The translations under genes were made by a program, and so were the position numbers. Shown here in pieces: positions 41,507-51,750 of a DNA stretch of 64,000 nt (positions within the stretch are counted from its first letter, which is position 1; every line of letters starts with the position of its first letter). This DNA comes from Pseudomonadota bacterium (GTDB lineage Bacteria; Myxococcota; JACRCW01; JAFGSX01). The notes beneath the pieces were generated by a model. That model was not told the DNA's origin, did no database searches, and worked only from the letters and a program-made list of their open reading frames with translations. Location of the stretch: contig JBDRCO010000118.1 of NCBI GenBank assembly GCA_043821645.1, positions 128,001 to 192,000 of the forward strand. Reading direction: 5' to 3'.

Positions 41507-42905
41507 GTCGATCCTGCAAAGGCAGATCCGCCTCGTCGATCTGGTCGAGCCGGAGTCTTTTCGCGAGGTCATCAAGAGCTTCGCGGACCTGTATGGAATC
41601 GGCATCAAGGTCTACGATGCCGGCGGCACCAAGGTCGCCGACGTGCGCCTTGGCGAGGCCTCGCTGTGCAGCTACCTGTTCGGTTTTGCCGAAACGCGCC
41701 AGGCCTGTACCCGGCACGTGAGTTCGCTCAAGAGCACCGGTCTGGCAGACGTCGTGGACGGGGTCCGCGTGAGCGATTGTGTGTCGGGGCTGCGCTACGC
41801 CGTGGTGCCGCTGTCTTACGATGGTGATCTGCTGGGGCGCCTGATCTTCGGGCCCTTCTGGCCCCGGGAAGCGCCGGGCCCGGCGGCGGCCCTGTTCGAG
41901 CTGCAGCCCGACCTCGACCGCGGCGAGATCGATCGCATGGCCGACGTCTACCGGACAGCGTCGGACGAAGGTGTCCGGCACATGCTCGGGCAGCTCAAGT
42001 CCGTGATCGATGTGATCCTGTACACCTCGTACCGGGCCCTGCTCACGTCGAGCATGCACGTCGAGTCCGTCACCGCCAACTACCACGAGATCATCGAGAA
42101 GAATCGCCAGCTCACCGAGACCACCGAGCGCCTCAAGGAGCTGGACAGGCTCAAGAGCAACTTCCTGGCGGTGGTCAGCCACGAGCTGCGGACGCCCCTG
42201 ACCAGCGTCATCGGCTACGCCGAGATGCTGCTCGAAGGCATGGCGGGAGAACTCAATCCCGAGCAGCGCGACTACACGAGCACCATCATGGAGAAGGGCG
42301 AGAGCCTGCTGCAGATGATCTCCTCGCTGCTCGACATCTCGCGCATCGAGAGCGGCAAGCTCAAGATGATGTGGTCCGACGTGTCGCTGGGCGAGGTCGC
42401 GGCGGCGGCGGTTTCCACGGTCCTGCCACTCATCAGCAAGAAGAAGATCCAGTTCATCCAGCTGCTGCAGGACAACCTGCCCACCCTCCACTGCGATCGC
42501 GAGAAGTTGAAGCAGATCCTGATCAACCTGCTCGCCAACGCGGTCAAGTTCACGCCCGTCGAGGGACAGGTGAAGCTGGAGATCGATCGCACACTGTGCC
42601 TGCGCAGGCATCCGGTGCGGGTCGGGGAGACCGAGCCCACCTCCATCTTCGACGAGGTCGAAGAGGACTTCATCCGTTTCCGGGTCACCGACAGTGGCAT
42701 CGGCATCGCGGCGGACCACCAGGAGCGGGTGTTCGAGAGCTTCTACCAGGTCGACAGCTCGTCGACGCGGGAGTACGGCGGGACCGGACTCGGTCTGTCG
42801 ATCGTCAAGAACTTCGTCGAGGGCCATGGGGGCGACGTGTGGGTGGAGTCGACGCCAGGCGAGGGCGCCACCTTCCAGGTGTTGCTGCCACTTGTGCGGG
42901 ACTAG
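41496..42905 (+). CDS. Cytoplasmic sensor histidine kinase with PocR-like N-terminal domain
   Basis: SHELRTPL, NAVKF, DSGIGI, GTGLGL; N-terminal LC...AC...CVSGLRYAVVPL...LIFGPF. Confidence 0.88.
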   Translation: MVAESILQRQIRLVDLVEPESFREVIKSFADLYGIGIKVYDAGGTKVADVRLGEASLCSYLFGFAETRQACTRHVSSLKSTGLADVVDGVRVSDCVSGLRYAVVPLSYDGDLLGRLIFGPFWPREAPGPAAALFELQPDLDRGEIDRMADVYRTASDEGVRHMLGQLKSVIDVILYTSYRALLTSSMHVESVTANYHEIIEKNRQLTETTERLKELDRLKSNFLAVVSHELRTPLTSVIGYAEMLLEGMAGELNPEQRDYTSTIMEKGESLLQMISSLLDISRIESGKLKMMWSDVSLGEVAAAAVSTVLPLISKKKIQFIQLLQDNLPTLHCDREKLKQILINLLANAVKFTPVEGQVKLEIDRTLCLRRHPVRVGETEPTSIFDEVEEDFIRFRVTDSGIGIAADHQERVFESFYQVDSSSTREYGGTGLGLSIVKNFVEGHGGDVWVESTPGEGATFQVLLPLVRD

Positions 42906-42907
42906 GC

Positions 42908-43912
42908 ATGGCACAGCGCGGGCGCCGGGTCGCCGACCTCGACGAGGAGGCGCTGATCCAGCGCATCGCGCAGCGCGTTCCAGCTGAACCGACGGCGCAG
43001 TGCATTCTCGGCATCGGCGACGACGCGGCGCTGTTGCGGCCGCGCTCGGGCCACGAGATCGTCGTCACCACGGACCTGGCGGTGGAGGAGCAGGACTTCG
43101 TCACCGCGCGCTTTGCGCCCCGCGCCGTGGGGCATCGTGCCCTGGCCCAGAACCTGTCGGACCTGGCGGCCATGGGCGCCTCGCCCCTGGGCTTCGTGCT
43201 CGGTCTATCGCTCCGCCCCGAGCTCGAGCTGCGCTGGCTGGATGCGCTCCTGCGAGGCCTGCGTGGGCTCGTGCACAGCGCCGGCTGCCCCTTGCTGGGC
43301 GGCGATCTGTCGGCGACCTGCGGCCCGCTGCAGATCTCCATCACGGCCCTTGGAGACGTTCCCCGGGGCCGTGCCCTGCGCCGTGCCGGGGCGCGCCCGG
43401 GCGACGCGATCTGGGTCTCCGGCACGCCAGGCCTGGCGGGGGCGGGACTGCTGGCGGTGCTGGGTTCCGCCGCGCGCTGTCCTCGCGGCGCACGCCAGGC
43501 CTTTTGGTGGCCCCAGCCCCGGCTCCAGCTCGGGATGCGGCTGCGCGGTCTGGCCACGGCCTGCATCGATCTGTCCGACGGCCTGTTGCGAGATCTCGGG
43601 CGCCTGGCCTCTGCCAGCGGCGTGGCGGCACATCTCGACAGCAGCACTCTGCCCCGGCGGCCCGGGCTGGAGCTGGCGCAGAGCCTGGGTGGCGGAGAAG
43701 ACTTCGAGCTGCTGTTCACGGCTCCCCCCCGCAAGACTGCGGCGATCGCGCGGCTCGCGGGACGCCTCGAGCTTCAACTCACCGAGATCGGAAAAGTCGC
43801 GCCTGGGCGCCGCGTCCTCGTCGACGGCAAGCCTTTTGAGGGGAGTGCTGGATTCGATCACTTCGCGGGTGCGTCGAGGGAGCGATTGACCCGACGGCGC
43901 CCGCACGTCTAA
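42908..43912 (+). CDS. thiL: Thiamine-monophosphate kinase
   Basis: GIGDDAA, NLSDLAAMG, GGD, CIDLSDGL, GGEDFELLFT, GFDHF. Confidence 0.94.
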   Translation: MAQRGRRVADLDEEALIQRIAQRVPAEPTAQCILGIGDDAALLRPRSGHEIVVTTDLAVEEQDFVTARFAPRAVGHRALAQNLSDLAAMGASPLGFVLGLSLRPELELRWLDALLRGLRGLVHSAGCPLLGGDLSATCGPLQISITALGDVPRGRALRRAGARPGDAIWVSGTPGLAGAGLLAVLGSAARCPRGARQAFWWPQPRLQLGMRLRGLATACIDLSDGLLRDLGRLASASGVAAHLDSSTLPRRPGLELAQSLGGGEDFELLFTAPPRKTAAIARLAGRLELQLTEIGKVAPGRRVLVDGKPFEGSAGFDHFAGASRERLTRRRPHV

Positions 43913-43933
43913 TAATCGCAGCCGGGAGACTTC

Positions 43934-45262
43934 ATGAAGATCTTTGTCAAGATCCTGGCCGGCTACTTTGCGCTCATCGTGTTCGCGATGGTGCTGTACT
44001 GGCTGGTGCCCATCGTCGCCGAGGGCGCCACCGAGCGTTTCCTGTACTTCGCCCTGGCCCTGGTGCTGGTGGCAGGTGCCGTCAGCGCCTTTTACGTCTC
44101 CCACCTCACCCGCAACATGGGCTCCCTGCTCGATTCCACCGCGGCCATTGGTCAGGGTGACCTGACCCGGCCGGTCAAGTTCGAGCGGCCCTCGACCTAC
44201 ACCGACGAGATGGACACCCTGGCGGGCTCCATCAACCACATGCTCGAGAATCTGCGTGAGCTGGTCAGCCACCTGCAAAAAACCGCGCGCAACGTCGCCG
44301 AGAGCGCCAACACGCTGTCGGCGGCCACCGAGGACGTCAATGGCCGGGCCGGGGAGATCGCGGAGTCCATCGGCCTGATCTCGCGCGGCGCCGAGTTGCA
44401 GAACGAGCTCGTCAACAAGGCCAACAAGCTCATCGGCGACCTCGCCGACGGCATCGAGCGCTCGGCGCGCGCAGCCGAGGCCGCAGCGAGGGCTGGCGCC
44501 GAGACCCACACCGCGGCGCGCACCGGTACCGAGGTTGCTCACCTGGCCGTCGAGAAGCTGCACGGGGTGTTCGAGCGCGTCGAGCAAGCCTCCGAGCGCG
44601 TGTTCGCCTTCGGGTCCAAGACCCAGGCCATCGGCAAGATCGTCGAGGTCATCACCAAGATCTCGCAGCAGACCAACCTGCTGGCCCTCAACGCCACCAT
44701 CGAGGCGGCCCGCGCCGGCGAGTACGGCCGCGGCTTCGCGGTGGTCGCCGAGGAGGTGCGCAAGCTGGCTGAGAACGCCGGACGCTCGGCCGAGCAGATC
44801 ACGGTGCTGGTGGCGGACATCGCCAACGACTCCGAGAGCGCGGTCAGCGGCATGCGCCAGGGCATCCAGGACCTGGCCGAGAGCCGCGAGGATCTCGCCT
44901 CCATCATCATGTCGCTCGAGGGCATCGTCGAGAGCGCCCTGCGCGGTGCCGAGCGCAGCGAGGAGATCGCGCACTCGTCGCGCTCGCAGCTCTCGGGATC
45001 CCAGGAAATGGTCAAGGCCATCAACAACATCTCGGATGTGGCCAAGCAGAACGCCCTGTCCACCGACGAAGTGTCCAAGGCCACGTCCTCGCAGCTGGCG
45101 TCCATCGAGGACATGACGAAGAGCGCCCTCGAGCTGTCCAACCTCTCGCTCGAGCTGGAGAAGGTGGTGAGCCGCTTCAAGCCCGATGCGGCCCACGAGG
45201 CGAGGTCCGAGATCAAATCCAGCAGCGGCATGCGTTCGCGAGCCGACAGCACGCTTTCTTGA
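43934..45262 (+). CDS. difA: Methyl-accepting chemotaxis protein lacking a periplasmic domain (DifA-like)
   Basis: Two adjacent TM helices, [38 protein letters not shown]. Confidence 0.85.
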   Translation: MKIFVKILAGYFALIVFAMVLYWLVPIVAEGATERFLYFALALVLVAGAVSAFYVSHLTRNMGSLLDSTAAIGQGDLTRPVKFERPSTYTDEMDTLAGSINHMLENLRELVSHLQKTARNVAESANTLSAATEDVNGRAGEIAESIGLISRGAELQNELVNKANKLIGDLADGIERSARAAEAAARAGAETHTAARTGTEVAHLAVEKLHGVFERVEQASERVFAFGSKTQAIGKIVEVITKISQQTNLLALNATIEAARAGEYGRGFAVVAEEVRKLAENAGRSAEQITVLVADIANDSESAVSGMRQGIQDLAESREDLASIIMSLEGIVESALRGAERSEEIAHSSRSQLSGSQEMVKAINNISDVAKQNALSTDEVSKATSSQLASIEDMTKSALELSNLSLELEKVVSRFKPDAAHEARSEIKSSSGMRSRADSTLS

Positions 45263-45296
45263 TTGAGAAATCAGGACGTTGCTATAGTCTGCAGGC

Positions 45297-45743
45297 ATGG
45301 CCAGCGAGGCCGACCTATATGTCGTGGTCTCGGTGGCCGGGGAGAGCCTCGGTCTGCGGACCCGTGCGGTCCTCAAGGTGATCGAGGTTGGAGCGCTGGC
45401 GCGCTTGCCGCGCTTGCCGGACCCGGTGCTGGGCGTGACGCCTTACCGCGGGCGCATCATCACCTTGGTCGACCTGGCGGCGGTCCTGGGGCGCGGTAGC
45501 CACAAGGCTGCAACGGCCAGCCAGCGTGCGGTGCTGATGGACCTGGGGAACCGCAACGTGGGCTTGCGGGTGGAGGGTGTGGAGACCATCGCGGTCATGG
45601 ACCACGTCGAACCGCGCCGGCAGGGTGGTGACGACGAGCTGGTGGTCAGCGTCGCCCTGTGTGGCGAGCGCACCGTGGGTCTGATCGATGAGGGTCGACT
45701 CGCCAAGAAAATCGCCGGGTTGTGTGACCCGGCCCGAGCATGA
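45297..45743 (+). CDS. cheW: CheW coupling protein (DifC-like)
   Basis: LPDPVLGVTPYRGRIITLVDL, VGLRVEGV. Confidence 0.85.
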   Translation: MASEADLYVVVSVAGESLGLRTRAVLKVIEVGALARLPRLPDPVLGVTPYRGRIITLVDLAAVLGRGSHKAATASQRAVLMDLGNRNVGLRVEGVETIAVMDHVEPRRQGGDDELVVSVALCGERTVGLIDEGRLAKKIAGLCDPARA

Positions 45744-45780
45744 GGGGCGCCCCAGAGCGCCAGGATAGACGGAGTCTCTG

Positions 45781-46155
45781 ATGGCCAAGCGCGTGCTGAT
45801 CGTCGACGACGCCGTGTTCATGCGCAACATGATCAAGGACATCTTCGCCGGTGGCGACTTCGAGATTGTGGGAGAGGCTGCCAACGGCATCGAGGCCGTG
45901 GAGCGCTACCGCGACCTCAAGCCCGACCTGACGACGATGGACATCGTGATGCCCTTCAAAAGTGGCATCGAGGCCACCAAGGAAATCCTGGCCGCCGACC
46001 CGCAGGCCTGCGTCGTGATGTGCAGCGCCCTGGGTCAGGAGTCCCTGGTCATGGAGGCCATCGAGGCCGGCGCCAAGGACTTCATCGTCAAGCCCTTCAA
46101 GAGCGAAGACGTGCTCAACGTGGTCCACAAGGTCCTGGGCAGCGCCGCCGCCTGA
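45781..46155 (+). CDS. cheY: CheY-like response regulator (DifD-like)
   Basis: VLIVDDAVFMRNMIKDIF, MDIVMP, CSALGQE, FIVKPF. Confidence 0.92.
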   Translation: MAKRVLIVDDAVFMRNMIKDIFAGGDFEIVGEAANGIEAVERYRDLKPDLTTMDIVMPFKSGIEATKEILAADPQACVVMCSALGQESLVMEAIEAGAKDFIVKPFKSEDVLNVVHKVLGSAAA

Positions 46156-46174
46156 TCGGATTTTCCGACCGCAC

Positions 46175-48139
46175 ATGGTCGATCCAGCCAAGTACCGCGC
46201 CCTGTTCGTCAGCGAATCGCGCGAGATCCTCGACAGCTTCCAAAGCGAGCTGCTTCGCTTCGAGCGCCACGAGGCCGGGCGCGAGTCCGTCGATGCCATG
46301 TTTCGCGCCGCGCACTCGCTCAAGGGCATGGCGGCGTCCATGGGCTACGAGGCTTTTGCGGAGCTGGCGCATGCCATGGAGGACCTGACCGGCGATGCGC
46401 GGGAGCAGGGCAGCCTGGGCACCGAGGCGGTGGATCTGCTGCTGGCCGGGGTGGATCAGCTGGGCTCAGGTGTGACCGCCCTCGAGGGCGGCAGCGAGCA
46501 GGCGCAGGTCGACGCCGCGGCCCTGATCCAGCAGATTCGCATCCTGCACGGTGCCGCGCGTGCCGCTGCCGCCACGCACGCTCCGAGCCCGTCGCCCGTC
46601 GCCACCGCGCCGGTGCCTGACACCAAGTCGGGCATGGCACCCGGGACCGCCAGGTCCGGGGAGGGGCCCGCACCCACCCGGGTGGCGATCCAGTACAGCG
46701 ACGCCAGTACGGCCCCCCAGGTCCGCGCCTTCATGCTGCAGCGCGAGCTGGGGCAGAGCTTCGAGCTGCTGGAGATCACGCCATCGGTCGAGGATCTCAA
46801 GGCCGGCCGCTTTCCGGAGCGCCGCCTGACGCTGGCGGTGCGGGGCACCGACGCGCAGGTGCAGGATCTGATGTCGCGGGCCCGGAGCGCCACCGACGTG
46901 GCCGGGGTCGAGGTGCTGGCAGGCATCACCGCTTCTCGCGCCGAGGCACCCAGTTCCGAGGTCGAGATCTCGGATGCCGTGCGCACGGTGCGCGTCAAGA
47001 CCGAGATCCTCGACGAGTTCATCGACTCGGTGGGCGAGCTGCTCCGGGCGCGCGATCGCCTGCGCACCGTGGCCAAGAAGGCCGATCTGCCCGAGCTCAA
47101 CGAGATCGCCGACGAGCTGATGACGCTGACCAAGGACCTGTACGACCGCGTGATGCTGGCGCGGATGACTCCGCTGGCCCTGCTCACCGACCGGCTGCCC
47201 CGGGTGGTCCGCGACCTGGCGCGACGCAAGGACTTCAAGGTCGAGCTGCGCATCGAGGGTGCGGACATCGAGATGGATCGCGCCCTGCTCGACGAGTTGC
47301 ACAGCGCCATCCTGCACATCGTGCGCAATGCCGTGGACCACGGACACGAGGGCGCCGCTGCGCGCCGGGCCGCGGCCAAGCCCGAGGCCCTGACTCTGGT
47401 GATCCGCGCCACCCGCGATCGCGATCAGGTGCTGCTCGAGATCGAAGATGACGGCAAGGGCATGGACGCCGACCTCATCGGGCACAAGGCCCTGACCATG
47501 GGGATCATCGACGAGGCCAAGCTCGGCAGCCTGAGTCGCAGCGAGGTACTGGAGCTGATCTGTGCTCCGGGTTTCTCGACCGCCAGCGAGGTCACCGAGG
47601 TATCCGGGCGCGGCGTGGGCATGGACGCGGTGCGCTCGACGGTGGAGCGGCTGGGCGGCGACCTGCAGATCGACAGCATCCAGGGACAGGGCACCGACTT
47701 CGTGTTGCGGCTCCCCCTCACCATGGCCATCATCAACGTCATGCTGGTCGAGTGCGGCAACCTGTCCCACGCAGTACCGACCAGCCGCGTGGTGCACGCC
47801 TTCGATCTGAGGCCCGGCCTGGTCACGCGCAGCTGCGGCGAAGCCCTGCTGCACGTCGACGGAGACATGCTCCATTTTTTCGATCTGGGCCAGCTGCTGG
47901 GGTACCATGGGGATGTCACCGCAGACGAGGGAACGGTGCTGATTTTCGAGGACGGCTCAGAGCGCTCGGCAGTGTGCGTGGATCGCATCGCGGGCATGCA
48001 GGAAGTGGTGGTCAAGCCCCTGGGTTTGCCCCTGGCGCGCCTGGACTACCTGGCCGGAGCGGCACTGCTGGCCGACGGCACGCCCGTGTACATCCTCGAC
48101 GTGGGGCGCTTGATCCGGCACGGACCTGGAGTCGCATGA
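46175..48139 (+). CDS. cheA: Chemotaxis histidine kinase CheA (DifE-like)
   Basis: FRAAHSLKG (Hpt), HIVRNAVDHG, PGFSTA, SGRGVGMD, C-terminal CheW domain. Confidence 0.93.
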   Translation: MVDPAKYRALFVSESREILDSFQSELLRFERHEAGRESVDAMFRAAHSLKGMAASMGYEAFAELAHAMEDLTGDAREQGSLGTEAVDLLLAGVDQLGSGVTALEGGSEQAQVDAAALIQQIRILHGAARAAAATHAPSPSPVATAPVPDTKSGMAPGTARSGEGPAPTRVAIQYSDASTAPQVRAFMLQRELGQSFELLEITPSVEDLKAGRFPERRLTLAVRGTDAQVQDLMSRARSATDVAGVEVLAGITASRAEAPSSEVEISDAVRTVRVKTEILDEFIDSVGELLRARDRLRTVAKKADLPELNEIADELMTLTKDLYDRVMLARMTPLALLTDRLPRVVRDLARRKDFKVELRIEGADIEMDRALLDELHSAILHIVRNAVDHGHEGAAARRAAAKPEALTLVIRATRDRDQVLLEIEDDGKGMDADLIGHKALTMGIIDEAKLGSLSRSEVLELICAPGFSTASEVTEVSGRGVGMDAVRSTVERLGGDLQIDSIQGQGTDFVLRLPLTMAIINVMLVECGNLSHAVPTSRVVHAFDLRPGLVTRSCGEALLHVDGDMLHFFDLGQLLGYHGDVTADEGTVLIFEDGSERSAVCVDRIAGMQEVVVKPLGLPLARLDYLAGAALLADGTPVYILDVGRLIRHGPGVA

Positions 48140-48807
48140 GCGACAAGGCGACAGGCCACAACGTGGTGGGTGGTGAGGACCACATCGCGAGCCTGAGCCC
48201 GGGCGAGCAGCAGCTGCTGGCGCGCCTGTGCCAGGTCGGTGGTGGTCGCGCCGGGCGCGCCCTGGCCACCATCCTGGGCGAATCCAACGTGCACGTGGAC
48301 CTCTACGACGCGGGACTGCGCGAGCACACACTGGCCACCAGCGAGCTGGCGGGGGACGACACCCGCATGATCGGGGTGCTGTTCGATCTCACGGGGAGCT
48401 TCGAGGGTCACCTGACCATGTTGCTGGGCGAGGACGGCGCCATGTCCCTGGTGCGGCGCCTGCTGCGCACGGACTCGGTGTACACCGCCGATGGTGCGCT
48501 GACCGATGACGCCCGGGGCGCCCTGGCCGAGGTTGGCAACATCGTGGCCTCGGCTTTTCTCAATGCTTTCGCGGATGCCCTGCGCACGCCTTGGCTGCCT
48601 TCGCCGCCGCGACTGATCCACGACCGGGCCGAGATCATCCTGGCTGCGGTCAAGGGCCGCGGCATCGCGGACAGGGCGCTGGCCATTGCTTTGGATGCGC
48701 AGATTCGCACCGATGGTGCTCGGGTTCGCGGCCAGCTTTTGTTTCTGCCCTCGGCTCCCGTGCTGCACAACCTCCTGCGCGCTGCGCGAAACAGCGTCGC
48801 GCCATGA
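48136..48807 (+). CDS. cheC: CheC-family phosphatase (DifG-like)
   Basis: ATGA overlap with cheA; ALAEVGNIVASAFLNA, LPSPP. Confidence 0.85.
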   Translation: MSDKATGHNVVGGEDHIASLSPGEQQLLARLCQVGGGRAGRALATILGESNVHVDLYDAGLREHTLATSELAGDDTRMIGVLFDLTGSFEGHLTMLLGEDGAMSLVRRLLRTDSVYTADGALTDDARGALAEVGNIVASAFLNAFADALRTPWLPSPPRLIHDRAEIILAAVKGRGIADRALAIALDAQIRTDGARVRGQLLFLPSAPVLHNLLRAARNSVAP

Positions 48808-48972
48808 TGCACCGCAGCACACAACGGTCCCGGCTGGGCTGCGATCAGGTCCGGAGCCGGGTGAATAACTCTCCGTGCCCTCGCGTCATTTCTCCCGTAT
48901 GGCCCTCCTCCTGCACCCCCTCGGGTGACGGACGGCGGGCTGGATGGGGACGACGCGGCCGGGGAGCGTGAG

Positions 48973-49668
48973 ATGGACACGCAGCAGCCGACCGACCGCG
49001 ACCTGGTCGAGCGGGCACAGAAGGGCGATCGCCGCGCCTTCGGCCTGCTGGTGGAGCGCTACCAGCGCAGGGTGTATGCCGTGGCCTTTGGCATGTTGCA
49101 CAACCGGGACGACGCGATGGATGTGGTGCAGGACGCCTTCGTCAAGGTGCACCGGCACATCGAGGCCTTCCAGGGCAACGCGTCGTTTTACACCTGGCTG
49201 TACCGCATCGTGGCCAACCTGTGCATCGACGTCCGTCGCCGCCGCAGCCGTCGGCCTGAGGCCGAGCTCAACGAGGCGGTGGTGCACAGTGACGTGTTGA
49301 GCACGGGCGTGGACGTGGCGCCGCGCAACCCCGAGGCCAACCCGGTGGAGAACCTGACACGGCGCGAGCTGTCGGCAGAGATGAACCGGGCCCTCGACGA
49401 CCTGAGCGAGAATCATCGCCTGATCTTGCTGATGCGCGAGGTCGAGGGTCTGAGCTACGAGGAGCTGGCGGAGGTGCTGAAGATCAGTAAAGGAACGGTG
49501 ATGAGCAGGCTGTTTCATGCCCGCAAGAACATGCAGAAGGCGCTGCGGCCCTACCTGGGGCTGGCCGATGGCGCGGGTCTGGACGGCAAGCAGACGAGTG
49601 CCGACGGCAGCGCCGGCGACGAGGACAAGCAGGATTCTCCGCCACAGGACGCGGCCCTGCGGGAGTGA
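48973..49668 (+). CDS. ECF RNA polymerase sigma factor
   Basis: AFGLLVERYQ, DAMDVVQDAF, FYTWLYRI, GLSYEELAE, GTVMSRLFHAR (alternative start 48925). Confidence 0.92.
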   Translation: MDTQQPTDRDLVERAQKGDRRAFGLLVERYQRRVYAVAFGMLHNRDDAMDVVQDAFVKVHRHIEAFQGNASFYTWLYRIVANLCIDVRRRRSRRPEAELNEAVVHSDVLSTGVDVAPRNPEANPVENLTRRELSAEMNRALDDLSENHRLILLMREVEGLSYEELAEVLKISKGTVMSRLFHARKNMQKALRPYLGLADGAGLDGKQTSADGSAGDEDKQDSPPQDAALRE

Positions 49669-50252
49669 CCATCATGACGCGCGAACGGGCTGCCTTCACT
49701 CACGACGAGCTTCAGTGCTATGTCGATGGTGAGCTGGACGCCGCGAAGACCCAGGCCCTCGACCACGCCCTGGCGCGCGATCCCGAATTGCTGATGCAGG
49801 TCGAGGCCTTGCGCTCCCTGCACGGCGTGCTGCAGCAGCAGTTGCTGGCGCCGGCCGACGAGGTGGACTTCTCGGGCCTGTCCGGGCGGGTGCTGGCTCA
49901 GATCGAGGAGGCGCACGCGGGGTCCTGGTCCGGGCGCCTGGGAGCGTGGTGGCATGAGCAGGTGGCGAGCCGGCGCGCGGTGTGGGTACCCTCGCTGGCC
50001 CTGGCTGCGGCCGCAGCCCTGGTGTTGACCCTGCCCCGGGTGCTGGACCGCGAGGTGCAGGTGCAACCGGAGATCATCGCCGCCAACGAGGGCGTCGAGG
50101 TGCGCTCGCTGGAGACCGGGACCAGCCTGGCCATGGTGTACCAGCTGCCGCGATCGCACACGACGGTGATCTGGATTTCGGACAGGGCCGACGACTCTGC
50201 GGCCACGCTGGACACGGATGAGGCCCCCACCACGGAGTGGGGTGGGCAGTGA
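49665..50252 (+). CDS. Transmembrane anti-sigma factor
   Basis: LQCYVDGELD anti-sigma start (HxxxCxxC absent), one TM, C-terminal TVIWI. Confidence 0.75.
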   Translation: MTIMTRERAAFTHDELQCYVDGELDAAKTQALDHALARDPELLMQVEALRSLHGVLQQQLLAPADEVDFSGLSGRVLAQIEEAHAGSWSGRLGAWWHEQVASRRAVWVPSLALAAAAALVLTLPRVLDREVQVQPEIIAANEGVEVRSLETGTSLAMVYQLPRSHTTVIWISDRADDSAATLDTDEAPTTEWGGQ

Positions 50253-50266
50253 CGAAGGAGTTCGCC

Positions 50267-50719
50267 ATGACCAGGGCTCTGCGACCCATGCTCGCGCTGA
50301 CACTGTTCATGTGCGGCGCCCTGTGGACCGGCGCCGCGCACGCCGAGGAACGCTACGGCATGGAGATTCGCGTGATCTCGGCCCAGCCAGGCACCGCGAC
50401 CATCGATCCGGCGCTGAAGAGTTACCAGCGCGACCTGCAGGCCATGCCCTACAAGAGCTTCAAGCTGCTCGACGCGCACTCCAAGACCCTGCGCAAGGGT
50501 GAGACCGTGTCCATGCAGTTCCCGGGTGAGAGCAACCGCTTCATGAAGGTCAAGGCCAATGGCCAGAAGGACGGCAAGCTCAGTTTCAGCATCGCCATCG
50601 ATGAGCTGCGCTTTCGCACCTCGGTGCGCATTCCGGACAACGGCACGCTCATCGTGGGTGGTCCCAAGTACGAGAACGGTGTGATCCTGCTCGCGGTCAC
50701 CGCGCGGACAGCCCCGTAG
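50267..50719 (+). CDS. Secreted hypothetical protein of the ECF locus
   Basis: AAGGAG SD; signal peptide ending AHA; beta-rich mature region. Confidence 0.75.
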   Translation: MTRALRPMLALTLFMCGALWTGAAHAEERYGMEIRVISAQPGTATIDPALKSYQRDLQAMPYKSFKLLDAHSKTLRKGETVSMQFPGESNRFMKVKANGQKDGKLSFSIAIDELRFRTSVRIPDNGTLIVGGPKYENGVILLAVTARTAP

Positions 50720-50853
50720 TTCCGGTTCCGTCTCCTGTCGACCTCCCTTCCCATCCCCGGTCTGTGGCGCTAGGCTCGCCCCGTGGCGACGGAGGCCGCG
50801 TCCGTCGTTGCAGGACACCCGGGTGTCCAGGATCCCGCGGCGATGGGTCTGCC

Positions 50854-51750
50854 ATGTTCGTTCAATCCGTGGTCCGCGCCCGCAGCGAGGTCGAGGCGGC
50901 GTGGCTGATGTTCGAGGGCAAGCCGGGCACCCGGCTCATCGCCGGTGGCACCGACCTGATGTTGCAGATGCAGCGCGGAAAGCTGCAAGCCTCGTCGCTG
51001 GTGGACCTGCGCCGCTCGGGCATGGACATGCTGCGCGAGTCCGACGAGAGCATCGACATCGGTGCCACGGCCACCATCGCCAGCATCGCGCGCCACGATG
51101 GTGTGCGGCGGCTGTTTCCGGACCTGCACCGGGCCGCGGCCACCCTGGCCTCGCAGCAGATACGCAACATGGGGACCCTGGGCGGCAACATCGGCAATGC
51201 CTCGCCCGCGGCCGACCTGGTGCCCTCGCTGCTGGTGCACGAGGCCCTGGTTCGCGTGCGCTGCGGAGACGCGCTGCGCGAGGTGCCGGCCCGCGCGTTC
51301 TTCACCGGCCCCGGTGAGACCGTGCTGACGGCGCAGGAGCTGATCACCGAGGTCCGCCTGCCCGTGCCCCGCGCGGCGGACGGCGAGGTGCACAGCGTGT
51401 TTCACAAGCTGGGCTTCCGCGGCGCGCAGATCATCGCCGTGGTCAATCTGGCCGCGCGCGTGGGGCTGCGCGGCGACGTGGTCGAGCAGGCCAGGCTGGC
51501 CCTGGGCTCGGTGGCGCCCACCGCGGTGCGCGCCAGTCACGTCGAGCAGCTGCTGATCGGACAGCGCCTGACGCGCGAGCTCGTCGAGGCTGCCGCCGAG
51601 GCCGTGCAGCAGGACATCTCCCCCATCGACGACCTGCGTGCACCCGCCGCGTACCGACGCCGGGTGGCGCGCAACTACGTGCGCCTGGCTCTGTCCCAGG
51701 TCGTCATGGCGCACAGCGACGCCCGCACCCGTCGCAGGTCCAGGACGTGA
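50854..51750 (+). CDS. Xanthine dehydrogenase/CoxM-family FAD-binding subunit
   Basis: IAGGTDL, QIRNMGTLGGNIGNASPAAD, PIDDLRA..YRR. Confidence 0.92.
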   Translation: MFVQSVVRARSEVEAAWLMFEGKPGTRLIAGGTDLMLQMQRGKLQASSLVDLRRSGMDMLRESDESIDIGATATIASIARHDGVRRLFPDLHRAAATLASQQIRNMGTLGGNIGNASPAADLVPSLLVHEALVRVRCGDALREVPARAFFTGPGETVLTAQELITEVRLPVPRAADGEVHSVFHKLGFRGAQIIAVVNLAARVGLRGDVVEQARLALGSVAPTAVRASHVEQLLIGQRLTRELVEAAAEAVQQDISPIDDLRAPAAYRRRVARNYVRLALSQVVMAHSDARTRRRSRT

